64,000 bases of DNA, taken from NCBI RefSeq assembly GCF_030028105.1, contig NC_092377.1:157830104-157894103 (forward strand), read 5' to 3'. A program made the translations under genes and the position numbers. The DNA is from Mobula birostris. Its lineage: Eukaryota. Below are positions 52,681 to 64,000 of the stretch, one piece after another. How positions within the stretch are numbered: the stretch's first letter is position 1; each line of letters opens with the position of its first letter. The notes under the pieces were generated by a model that was not told the origin of the DNA, searched no databases, and was given only the letters and a program-made list of their open reading frames with translations.

Positions 52681-52743
52681 CTTACATTATTCCTAATGTA
52701 TGGGATAATAACTAATTATCCCATACATTAGGAATAATGTAAG
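52681..52743. repeat. Perfect 29-bp inverted repeat with 5-nt loop
   Basis: CTTACATTATTCCTAATGTATGGGATAAT-aacta-ATTATCCCATACATTAGGAATAATGTAAG. Confidence 0.95.
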
Positions 52744-53532
52744 ATAGCCAATTAATAATCCACTGGCCATCTGGAAGCACACAGGAAGAACATGGAAGCT
52801 GCATACAGACACTGGAGATTAGGACTGAACCCATTTTGTAACAGATATCAGTCATGAGATTTACCTGTATAGCTGTGCCACCCCATCCACACCAACTTCT
52901 AAAAGGGCAGGGCAGTACAGTAGCATAGCAGTTGGCACATCACCTTGTAGTGCTAGGGACCACTGATTCAATCCTGTTGCTGTCTGTAAGGCGTTTGTAC
53001 ATGCTCCCTGTGACCGTGTGCATTTCTTCTGGGTGATCCAGTTTCCTCCCATATTCCAAACATGTACAGTTGATAATAGGGTTAATGAGTTTTGGGAATA
53101 CTATGTTGGCACTGGAAGCATGGGGACACTTGTGGGCTGCCCCCAGCTTAATCCTTGGACGATGTTGATTGTTGATGCAAAATGATGCCTTTCACTGTGT
53201 TTTGATATACATGTGACAAATAAAGCTCACCTTATCTTACCCTTAAACCATGCCGCATAAAATCTAGTTACACATTATGCACAGTGATTCATAGTGATTG
53301 CTGGGTTAGCAAAATCCCAGTTTAAAAATTCTCATCTTTATTTTCATATGCTGCATGGCTTCACCCCACTCCCCAAGTTACAATCTCTAAACTATCTGCA
53401 CTCATCTAATACTGTCCTCTTAAACAGTCACGCAGATGGGAAAGACGTCATTCAGTCCTACTTGTCTATGCTCGCCAAGATTCTCACTACTTGACAATTA
53501 TTGAATTTAATCACTCCACCTATTTCACCACA

Positions 53533-53885
53533 AGACCATAAGACATAGGAGCAGAATGTAGCTATTTGGTCCAGTTATTCTGCTCCACTATTTCATCATA
53601 GCTGATCCATTTTCCTTCTCAGCCCCAATCTTCAACCTTCTCCCCATATCTCTTCACGCCCTGACTAATCAAGAATTCATCAACCTCTGCCTGAAATATA
53701 CCCAAAGACTAGGCCTCCATAGCCACCTGTGGCAATGAATTTTGCAGATTCACCCACCACTGTCTGGCTAAAGAAATTCTTCCTCATCTCCACTCTAAAA
53801 GGACAGCCCTCTATTCTGAGGCAGTGTCCTCTGGTTCTAGACACTCCCACCATAGGAAACATCCTCTCCACATCCACTCTATCAC
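53533..53885 (-). mobile_element. CR1 3' fragment
   Basis: VDVERMFPMVGVSRTRGH.LRIEG.PFR.EMRKNFFSQ. Confidence 0.82.
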
Positions 53886-54357
53886 ATTCACATACCAAAG
53901 TCAAAATACCATGACTTATGCTTTCAAACATGTCTAGCTTTTTTACTTCTCTCTTAAGAAGCTCTTTAAACCCTATCTATCAGTAAATTGATTTAATTGC
54001 CCTTATTGTTCACAGAAACATTTCATTTGATATCCTTCCTGGGATGTTTTACTCCAGCAAAGATGCTGAAAGATTTGAAAAGTCAAAACTTTTTCTTTAC
54101 AGAAGGAAAGCTTGACAGAAATGTATAACATGATGAGGGGTTTGCACAGAGTGGATAGCAAGCAGCTGGTCCTACTGGAGAGTACGAAGGATTAAAGGCC
54201 ACAGGTGAAATATTAAGGGAAAGTGAATTAAGAGTGACACAAAGAAAACTGTTAAAAAAAAAAATCAGCATGTGGCTGTAATCTGAAATGTACTGCCTGC
54301 AGATGTAGTGGAAGAAGATTCCATTCTGGCCTTCAAGAAGGAAGGAATTAAATAAAT

Positions 54358-55327
54358 ATACTCAGTGCCAACTTTATTGGGTGCACCTGCTCATTAATGC
54401 AAATATCTAATCAACTAATCACATGGCAGCAACTCAATGCAAAAAAGCATGCAGACATGGTCAAGAGGTTGAGTTATCTTTATAGTATCTTGGAAGGAAG
54501 TGGGATGGTCAAGGAATGCAGGAGGGAGGAGGTGAGATTGAGGTTTGGGCACACAGGGTTAAATAATACATTATTTTTAACAAAGAAATACAGTAACAAA
54601 TATTGTAATCAACAAGATACAGTTGAGTATATTCTGGCGAGGTGCCCAAGATACAGTCAAGAGAGGATGGTTGATTTTAAAGTTATCACAGAATAAAACA
54701 CAACTTAACATTAACAATACTTTGCAGAAAGGATCGCAGGATTATTGCTTTAAATATACAGCGCAGTTCCTTAAGAATACAGGTCTTTTATAGAATTTGA
54801 CAGATACACAAATATATAACGTTTAGATATCCTGACCCATATTCCAGTTCAGAAGGTGGCAGAAATGCACCATAAAGCTGTTTGTCAACCGCCATAAAAC
54901 CTCAGGAGGAGAGGTTCATTTGCTGTTCAGACCAAACATCAGAATGGGGAGTAAATCTGATCCAAGTGACTTTGACCGTGGAATGAGTGTTGGTGCCAGA
55001 TGAGGAGGTTTGAGTATCTCAAACCGCTGACACCCCCTGGGATTTTCATGCACGACAGTCTCTAGAGTTTACAGAGAATGGTGCAATAAACATAAAAAAA
55101 ATCCAGTGAGCGGCAGTTCTGTGGGTGAAAGCGTCTTGTCAATCAGAGGTCAAAGGGGAATAGCCAAATTGGTTCAAAGTGACTATGACTCAAATAACCA
55201 CGACAGTGGTGTGCAGAAGAGCATCTCTGAATGCACAACATGTCGAACCTTGAAGTGGATGGTTACAGCACCAAAAGTCCACACCAGGTTGCACCCCTGT
55301 ATCTAATGAAGTGGCCACTGGGTGTAT
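54358..55327 (+). mobile_element. Tc1-like element interrupted by a Nimb-like 3' end (about 54475-54910)
   Basis: TA-CACTCAGTG..CTTTATT TIR and ...GTGGCCACTGGGTG-TA; N-terminal transposase remnants (SDFDRGM.VGAR; SGVQKSISE). Confidence 0.8.
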
Positions 55328-56866
55328 ATAGCAATGAAAGCTTTGCAAGGCTAGAGAATGGAAAGGAATTGGTTAGACTGGAACTAGTGGAATGGTTTGG
55401 TAGAAAACCAGTGCAGAGATATTTGCCTGAATCACCTCCTAGGGCGCTGTAACTTTGATTCCATACAAATGCAGATTACTCTTCAACACATTTAATGTGG
55501 TACTTCACAGCAGACTTACAAGGAAAGCAAAGCCAATGCAAAAATGATGGCGTAGACACAGAAATTAGTCAGAGGATCAAAAAAGCAGATCTGAGGAGAT
55601 TTGGTATGTCAACAGACACTTGAAAATTTCTACAGAAAGGGTTAAAGGTGATATATTAAAACTGATTCTGAAAACCATAACGGTGGCTTTTCAGATTGTA
55701 AGGAAGGGCCCTTCCTCCAGATGAGTGACATCGGAGACTACCGATGACAATGATAAACAACCAACTGGAGGAACTCCGCTTGATCAAGCAGTAGGTATCA
55801 GAGAAAGGAACTGTTGGCCTTCCTGTTTGAAACCCTGCATCCAAACTAGCCCTGCTTCAGCCTGAAATGTTGGCAATTCCTGCTCCTGATGCAGGCTTTT
55901 GACCTGAAGCTTCAACAATTCCTTTTCTCCGACATATGCTGCTCAATCCGCTGAGTTCCTCCAACAGATTGCTTGTCGTGCCTGCAGGGGTCATTTCCAC
56001 CCCCTAAGACATGACCTGCAGGAAGAAGCAAGTTTAGCAGGCCAAGGGCAGGCTAAAATACTGGAGTATGCCCGAACACTTCTGTTGGGGGGGGGGGCAG
56101 GAAGCATATGGACCACAGCCATTTCTGACATGGACACATGCCTTTGTCATGATACAGGGGAAATCAGTTTTGTCATACCCTCTTCTTATGGTGAGGAGGT
56201 ACAGGAGTCTGAAGACCATCAATGATTCAAGAACAGCTTCTTTCCCTCTGCTATCAGACTTCTTAAGACCACAAGACACAAGAACAGAATTAGGTTATTC
56301 AGTCCATTGAGTCTTCTCCACCATGTCCGAGTTGTTATCATCTCAACTCCATTCTCCTGCCTTCTTTCTGCAACCTTTGACACCAAGAACCTCCACTTTA
56401 AATATACTCAATGACATGGCCTCCACAGCCATCCAGGGGAATGAATTCCACAGATTCACTAGCCTCTGGCTAAAGAAATCCCTTCTCATATCTCATCCAA
56501 AGGGTTGTCCTTGTATTTTGAGCTGTGCCATGAACAGTAACTAATTATTCTTTTTTTTTTGCTCTGTTTCGTTACTAACATCAGGCAGGAGGTACAGAAG
56601 CCTGACAGACAATGATTCAGGAACAGCTCCTTCTCCTCTATGAACCCTATGAACCCAAGAACACACCTCATTATTTCTTTCTGTAGAACTATTTTGCAAT
56701 GTATAGTGATGTTATGACTTTGAACTGCATTGCAGCCGCAGAACAGACTTCACATCATGAGACAGACAGTGATAATGAACCTGATTCTGAAACCTGCCAA
56801 CACAAGGACTGGTGACTGGTTGGAGCAGAGTGGCTGGGGGCGAACTCCTGCGGCCACCATGCTTAC

Positions 56867-57097
56867 CTTCGCAGTCCAGGTCAGGCCATTGAACTTCTTG
56901 CGGCACTGCAGCCAAGTCTTTGGCACCTCACTCTTGGCATTAACACAGTGTGCCACCTCCATCCAGGCCTGGTGCACCTTCTCCCTGGGCACACTCCTGC
57001 CCTCGGAGGGGAAAAATATCTCCCTGCGAGCCCTCACCTGCTCCAGCAGAACCTGCACTGCTCTATCGCTGAAGCGCGGGGTCCGAGGCTCCGACAT
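56867..57097 (-). CDS. Harbinger-type Myb/SANT DNA-binding protein, exon 1
   Basis: 231 nt, MSEPRTPRFSDRAVQVLLEQVRARREIFF...AWMEVAHCVNA...KTWLQCRKKFNGLTWTAK; donor AAG|GTAAGC. Motif pattern of the NAIF1/MSANTD/Harbinger Myb family. Confidence 0.88.
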
Positions 57098-57420
57098 GCC
57101 GGCGAGAAACAAAACCCGAACCCGGGGCAGGCTGAAGGGGGAAAGGTGTTGGGGGAATATGAGGCGGCTGGAAATTCGTCGTCGGGGGGTCGGCCGGAAA
57201 CACCCACCCTCCGGCCAGCCCGTCCCTCATCGGACATTCACACACATATATGGCCCCGCCGGCCAATGGAGACCCAGAACTTCCTGTCCATCATAGGGAG
57301 CGCAGCTAATCGGAGAAGCGGACTGACGAGGACCCGCCCACGCCGGCCCGATGTGCGCCCGCACTAAAATTGGCATCGCAAGATGGCGGCGGTGAGGGTC
57401 CCTGGCTGAGGGATGCAGGC
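57060..57420. promoter_or_regulatory. CpG-rich, probably bidirectional promoter with a perfect YY1 motif
   Basis: Dense CpG against a CpG-poor background; CAAGATGGCGGC at 57379-57390; CCGGAA motif near 57194. Confidence 0.7.
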
Positions 57421-59206
57421 TGGTATTGAGCGAATTAAAGGCTTTCAGAAGCAGCATCACGTTTAACATCACCTGCACATATCGTGAAATTGGTTGTTTC
57501 TGCAGCAGCAGTACAATGCGATACATAATAGCTGGAAAAACTGAATTACAGTAAATGCATCCATCTATAGGAATAGAAATTTAAAAAACGTTGTTAGGTA
57601 GTGTTCATTGGTTGTAATATCCATTCAAAAATCGGATGGCAGAGGGGAAGAAGCTGTTCCTGAATTGTTGAGTGTGTGCCTTCACGAACAGGACATGTCC
57701 TGGATGATGGGAGGTATTAATGATGGATGCTGACTTTTTGAGAGATCGCTCATTGAAGATGACCGTCTCTCAGGTTAAAAATTGTGCATTTTCCGCTGAT
57801 GGGGTAGCCGCTTGCGAAGGAAACTGAGGGACGAAAGTATCGAGGGAAAGAGGAGTTGTAAAGTGGAGGAAATAAGAGGATAGGGAGAAGGGGAGTGAAG
57901 GGGTTAGAGGGGACGGGGACAGTAGAAGGTGGAGAACGGGTAGGTAGGAGAGGAGACTGGAGTAGAACCTTGTAGAAAGATTAGGGGTGGAGAGAAAAGA
58001 AGAAAAGGGGAATTGAATAGAATAACAGGGGAAAGAAAGGTAATGTTAGTGATATAAGACATTATACCGCGTGCTGAATAAATATTGAAACACTTGTAGG
58101 AAAGCAGCATACATCATCAGAGATCTACGCCACCAAGGCCATCCTCTTTTCTCGCTGCTACCATCAGGTAGAAGGTACAAGAGCCCCAGGACTCGCACCA
58201 CCTGGTCCAAGAACAGTTACTACCCCTCAATCATTACACTCTTGAACAAAGGCGTTAACTCTACGCATTTGCCCAACTATTGAGATATTCCCACAACCAA
58301 TGATCTTACTTTAAGCACTCTTTATCTTGTTATTTCATGTTCTCACTATTTATTTATATTTGCATTAGCAGTTTGCTGTCTTCTGCACTATAGATGATCT
58401 TTTTCATTGATCCTGTCATAGTTACTATTCTATCAATTTGCTGAGTATGCCCACAGGAAAATTTATCCCAAGGTTGTATGTAGTGATGTAGTGATCTCTA
58501 AGCACATAATTTGCATTTTTTGTCATCTTTTAATATGAATACTTATTTCAATGCAAGTAACTGACTATAATAGAAAAAAGTCCCCTTAAAAATAACTCAG
58601 TGGCATCTAGAAGGACAGACTATCCCTGGGTTTAACGTTGCCTCTTGAAGCCGATAACTTGAAACACTTGCTCAGCAGGACACTACAGTGCCAACTAATA
58701 TTCTTGTTTTTCGGTGTTTGGGAGTGGAATGTAGCATCACTGCCTTTTTAACCATACACACTATAATTTGTGGCTGTTTATTGTTAGATACATGACCCCT
58801 TTCAGAGTTTTCATTGATCAAATGCTCCAGTTCTTCAGCTGAATGTGCACTTCATGCCTGTGTAAATATAAAAGCTAATCATCTTCAGCTCTTTTTCCAT
58901 GGCATGGCTCATTGGATCAGAGTTTGGGTGATATCGATGTGTTTATAATGCCCTGGTCCAAATATCCAAATACAAGCCCCCTACTACATACAGGTACAGA
59001 GCTATTTTGATGCCCTTGGTCTTTTGAACAGGAAATATTAGCTTTATTTGCCACATGTACATCAAAACATCAATACAGTGAATTGTGTCATTTGCGTGAA
59101 CAACCAACACAGTCCAAGGATGTGCTTGGGGCAGCTCGCAACTCTCACCATGCTTCCAGCGCCAACATTGCAACTTTCTAACCGGTACATCTTTGGACTG
59201 TGGGAG

Positions 59207-59615
59207 TGTGGTAAACCATATATACGTATGTTGTAGCTGGGTAACTGGACACGCCCCTCTGCTGACTGCCCTTGTGGCTCCTCCCACAGAGCCCTGAGTA
59301 AAGGTGATTTTGCCCTGCTCCTTCCCCTCAGACCAGGGGCAGACACTCAGCATGGAGGTCACATTTTACTGCGAATAAAATTGAAGCACCTTCAATAATT
59401 CCAAAAGACTGAAGTAGGGTAAATATTGAAAGGCTTTTATTCGCAGTAAAACGTGACCTCCATGCTGAGTGTCAGCCCTGGGTCTGAGGGGGAGGAGCAG
59501 GGTGAAATCGCCTTTATTCAGGGATCTGTGGGAGGAGCCACAGGGGCAGTCAGCAGAGGGGCGTGTCCAGACAGTCAACCCAGTTACAACATATATATAT
59601 ATATGGTTTACGACA
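59207..59615. mobile_element. Foldback LTR-like element inserted in a V-SINE
   Basis: TGT...ACA termini, inverted arms of about 180 bp, GGGAG on both flanks. Confidence 0.75.
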
Positions 59616-60714
59616 GGGAGAAAACCCACACGGTCAATGGGGAGAATGTACAAACTCCTTACGGACAGTGGCAGAATTGAACCCGCGTGACTGGCGCTAT
59701 AAAGCAATACACCAACCGCTACACTACCATGCTGCCCTTGAAGTAAAGCCTTGGCTTCAACAACATGTTAAGCACTCAGCCCCACGTAACACTAGTGCTA
59801 GCCAGTCCCTCTAATTACCTGCCTCCAACAAAGCATTAGTGGAATCTTGTCAGTGGTATTGGGCCAACTGAGGATATGGAGCACCTGGACCCCAGTACAT
59901 CAAACCTCACAGGGTAATTTGATGCAGCTGAGGTGAGGTGAAGAAAGATTGGACATCTGATCGATTTAAGAGCCGAGCCGAATTGGGTACTGGCTGAATC
60001 GAGGTGGTGGAGCCAGAGCCCGAGGGTGAGGAACAGCCTGAGATTTGGACGATTTAACCACCGGGCCAGATTGAAATTGTCAGAGTGTTGGGGTCGGAGG
60101 CGAGAGACGGGCCAGTTCAGCTCGCTGCCCCACAGGGTTTGCTCTTCTCTGTGCTGGACTGTGGCTGTGACCTGCAACTTATGGGCTTCTGGACCGACTC
60201 CAGTGACATCTGGTGTTGTGAACTTCAGTTCTGAATGCTGTTTGCTTGCTTTCATTGTTTGCACAATTTGTTTTTCTCCCCTCTCTCTGTACACTGGGTG
60301 TTTGACAGTCTTCTTTTGTTTTTTAAGGGTTCTATTGGGATTCATAGTTTCGTGGCTGCCTGTAAGGAGACAAATCTCAAGGTTGTATAAAATATAGATA
60401 CTTTGGTAATGAAATGTACTTTGAGCTTTGAGCAAGAAAAAGTGCCATTTCAACATGACAATCTGACATAAATAGTCCTGATCAATGGTAGCAGACCCAG
60501 CTGACGACCTGGAGCTCTGGCTCAACAATATTCTGAAACACAGGTGCAATCTCATCAGGTTACTAAAACATTGGAAATACTCCCCATCCAGTAAAAGACA
60601 CGTAGAGAAGGTAGCAATTCCCATTCATGAAGTTTGGCTTCTCACCACTGGGTTGAAATGGAATGGAAATGAGTTCTCATTTACTGAAGTCCAAGATGTC
60701 TCCTGAATAGAAGA

Positions 60715-61295
60715 GATTCTGCAGATACTGGAGTTTTGGAAACACACAAAATTCTGGAAGAACTCAGAAGGTCAGTTAGCATCTATGGAATGGAATAAGT
60801 AGTCGATGTTTCTGGCTCGGACCATTCATCAGGACTGGAATGGAAAGGAGGAGAAGCCAGAATAAGGTGGGGGGGGGGGGAGCAGGGGAATGAGTACCAT
60901 CCAGAAGGAGATAGGTGAGGCCAGGTGAGGGGGGAAGGTAGAAGAATGGGGAAGGGGGTACGAAGTGAGAACCTGGGAACTGATAGGTGGAAAAGGTAAA
61001 GGGCAGAAGGAATCTGATAGGAGATTATGGGAGAAAAGGAAGGAGAACTGCACCTGAAGGGGCTGATTGGCAGGTGAGGAGAAGACAAGGGGTAAGAGAG
61101 GAATTAGAACAGGATTGAAGAAGAGGTGGGGGGGGGGGAGAAATTATTGGAAGTTAGAGAAATCGATGTTCATGCTACCAAGTTGGAGGCTACCCAGATA
61201 GGATATGAGGTGTTGCTCCTCCAAACTGAAAGTGGCTTCATTGTGGCAGTGGAGGTAGAGGAGGCCATGGCCCAACATGTCAGAATGGAATTCCT
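60715..61295 (-). mobile_element. Penelope-like element 3' end
   Basis: LEEQHLISYLGSLQLGSMNIDFSNFQ*, pyrimidine-rich UTR, pLTR with hammerhead core at 60837-60801. Related pieces at 8630-9030 and 15085-15230. Confidence 0.8.
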
Positions 61296-61937
61296 CTCCA
61301 TATAATTCTCCTAAATAGTATTTCATCAGGGTGTGGCCCCTTTAATTAGACAGGTGAAATGGACATAGCAGAAAAAGAAGCGGTCATTTGATCCAATTAC
61401 AGAATGATTCTCTGTAGATGATCAAACTAATCACAATTTGATTTAATGTTTCCCTCCCTGAAACGATAACAAACAAATCCAGAATTAGAACTGAAACTGG
61501 ACAAAGGCATCAATGACCAAAAGGGGACACATTCGTCACTTTCATTGCAAACATTAGCTTTTGGAAACAGAAGGCTATATTCACAAATCCTAGAGCCGGT
61601 TTTCTAAGACATTCAGTATCTTCTGTAGGTATGCAGTGACATTTTGGAGTACATGATAATGTGGGCTTACATCAAACATCCACATGCCAAAGCTTCTTTT
61701 TTGAGAAGATGCCCTCACATACCAATATGCAGTAAAGATTCAAGATTTTGGAAGACGTGGACTTGTACCTGGGGAACTAACTCTGTGCAAAAGGCAAATA
61801 TTGATGAATTTCACTATTTCTTTCACTGTGCCAGAACAACTTTTGATTAATTGATGAAAAGTGTATTTTATGACATAAAGCTTAGACTTGGGACAAAACT
61901 CATGGTCTACAGGGCAGTAGTGATTCCTGCCCACTTA

Positions 61938-62480
61938 TACCATGGAGAACATTCTGAATGGCTGCGTCACCGTCTGGTATTGGGGGCAGGTGGGGGGGGG
62001 GGGGGTGGCCACTGCACAGGATTGAAGTAAGTTGCAGAAAGTTGTAAAATTATTCAGCTCCATCATGAATGCTAGCCTCTGTAGTATCCAAGACATCTTC
62101 ACAGAGCGGCGCCTCAGGAAGGCGGAGTCCATTATTAAGGACTCCTATCACCCAGGACATGTCCTCTTCTCATTGTTACCATCAGGGATGAGGTACAGGA
62201 GCCTGAAGGCACACTCTCAACGACTCAGGAACAGCTTCTTCCCCTTTGCCATCCGATTTCTAAATGGATATTGAACACATGAACACTACCTAAATACTTA
62301 AAAAAATTTCTGTTTGTGTGTTATTTATTTTAACGTAACAATTTAATATACATATATAATTACTTTAATTCATTTATTCATTTTTTCTGTACTGATCATG
62401 TATTGCATTGTACTGTTGCCGCAAAATTAACAAGTTTCACAACGGATGCAGGTGATATTAAACCTGATTCTGATTTCTGA
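61938..62480 (+). mobile_element. Rex1/Babar 3' fragment
   Basis: HPGHVLFSLLPSGMRYRSL..RLRNSFFPFAIRFLN plus tail. Similar shorter pieces at about 20200-20700(-), 31095-31550, 56170-56790, 57430-57760(-) and 58110-58490. Confidence 0.8.
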
Positions 62481-62989
62481 TTTTTTATTTGTTACTGGTA
62501 TTCATATTGGTGTATTGGTACTAAAGAAATGAAGACTTGGTTGCCTTTCAAAACACCTACCTGGTGTCATGCTTCCGACTGAACAGCAGCAGGCATCTAA
62601 ATTTTGGCACTCCATTTCCCCAGAGTATGGTTAGCTGACGCTGTCCCTTTAAGATGCAGACTGCCAATTATTGCCTAACAGATCCCTTATATGGAAAGTC
62701 TGTACTTAAGGGCTTCGTGCTAGGCACTTAGTACTTGGAGGGTGGAGGANNNNNNNNNNNNNNNNNNNNNNNNNNNNNNNNNNNNNNNNNNNNNNNNNNN
62801 NNNNNNNNNNNNNNNNNNNNNNNNNNNNNNNNNNNNNNNNNNNNNNNNNNNNNNNNNNNNNNNNNNNNNNNNNNNNNNNNNNNNNNNNNNNNNNTTTGCT
62901 TGATGTGTGAATGTGGTTTGGAACCTGTTGAGGGAAAGAGAGTGGGGAAGGAATGGAAATTGCTGGGAGGGGGTCGTGTGGGTCCGGTA

Positions 62990-64000
62990 ATGGTGGACAA
63001 GATAAGAGGTGGGGTTGAGGGAAAGAAAGTGGAGAAGGAGAGGGATAGAGACTTGGGACCAGAGGTAGGCAGCTGGGGAGAGGTGGATTATTGTGAAGGG
63101 AGAAATAAAGGGAATGAGGAGGTAATGAGGGGTTGGATGAATAAAAACCAAGACAAAGGGAATAAAAGAATAAGAAATGATAGTGGAGAAAGCTCTGAAA
63201 GTGAGGAAGATGAACAAGCTCAGAGAGGAGGTGTTGTCATAATTAGGTTTAATGAGAAAGCTCAGGGACATATGAAGAAAATTAACCTGTTTGTGCTAAC
63301 AACAACTCTGACAAATAAGGCAGGGGAAAAAGTATTTGCAAAAGTCCTTAATGATGGCAACTTATTGGTAAGATGTGTGAATGAGGAACAACTTGAGAAA
63401 GCACTCAAGCTAAAAGAGATAGGAAAATGCAAGGTGGAATACACTGGGAGGGTGGGAGCACAAAACAGTGGTTGTAAAGGAGTGATCATGGGGATACCAA
63501 TGAGTATAAATATGGAGGAGATAAAGAGGAATATCAAAGGAGGGAAAGTAATGAATGTTCAAAGACTGAAAACAACAAAGGAGGGAGTGAAAAAGGAAAG
63601 TGAATCAGTATTGATTGAATTTGAAGAAGAAAGAGTGCCAAGGAAGGTGTTCCTGGGTTTCATGAGTTACCCAGTAAGGGTGTATGTGCCAAAGCCACTG
63701 AGGTGCTATAATTGTCAAAGGTTTGGACACGTGGCTAAAAACTGTAAAAGGCAGAGGAGATGTGCTAGATGTGGGGGTGATCATGAATATGGAAAGTGCG
63801 GAACAGGAGTTCAACCAAAATGCTGCAATTGTGGAGGAGCTCATAATGTTGCATATAGTGGGTGTGAGGTTGTCAGACGGGAGACTAAAATTCAAGAAAT
63901 AAGAGTGAAAAGAAAGATCACTTATGCAGAAGCTGTAAGAATGTCAAGAGAACATAATAATGCTCCTAATGAACAGGGAGCAATAGGGATACGAGAGATG
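62990..64000 (+). mobile_element. Nimb/I-clade LINE ORF1 (gag-like), open to the window end
   Basis: 337 codons with no stop from ATG 62990; YVPKPLRCYNCQRFGHVAKNC, CARCGGDHEYGKC and CCNCGGAHNVAYSGC zinc knuckles. Absent from the ORF track because it has no stop in the window. Confidence 0.88.

Noticed and set aside
56730-57367. Plus-strand ORFs of 188 and 139 aa
   Set aside because: Antisense shadows of Myb exon 1 and the GC-rich promoter.
59836-60624. 262-aa ORF
   Set aside because: Runs antisense through a repeat (about 59880-60430) and shows no domain or coding signal.
58880-61800. Candidate downstream exons (about 58889-58993, 60485-60706, 61629-61793) for the plus-strand ATG at 57383
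   Set aside because: Phases are inconsistent or introduce stops, and no protein similarity is recognisable.

Overview
Vertebrate genomic DNA, not prokaryotic. The repeat landscape (shark-type CR1, V-SINEs, Rex1/Babar, Penelope, Nimb) suggests a cartilaginous fish, probably a ray (inference). Genes: (1) coding exons 1-6 of DDX56 on the minus strand (ATG at 11105; the gene runs off the window start); (2) an apparently intact but isolated replication-dependent histone H2B (21056-21430, core hidden by an N-run of exactly canonical length); (3) two tandem, heavily decayed H3 pseudogenes (about 14073-14870, minus) that are not recognisable from the ORF track; (4) a 3-exon, 411-aa Harbinger-type Myb/SANT gene (57097->47859, minus) with a CpG-rich promoter, a 7.9-kb TE-filled intron and no transposase partner, which is the best candidate for an undescribed domesticated gene; (5) a possible divergent first exon (YY1/ATG GCG GCG|GT) at 57383. 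Most of the rest is nested mobile DNA: a HERO/R2-type RLE LINE, Rex1/Babar, CR1, Nimb (open ORF1 at the window end), Tx1, Penelope fragments with minimal hammerhead-ribozyme motifs, hAT-Buster, Tc1/mariner/Tigger, Harbinger, SINEs and foldback elements. All calls were made by eye without database searches. TE boundaries are approximate unless TSDs or TIRs are quoted.
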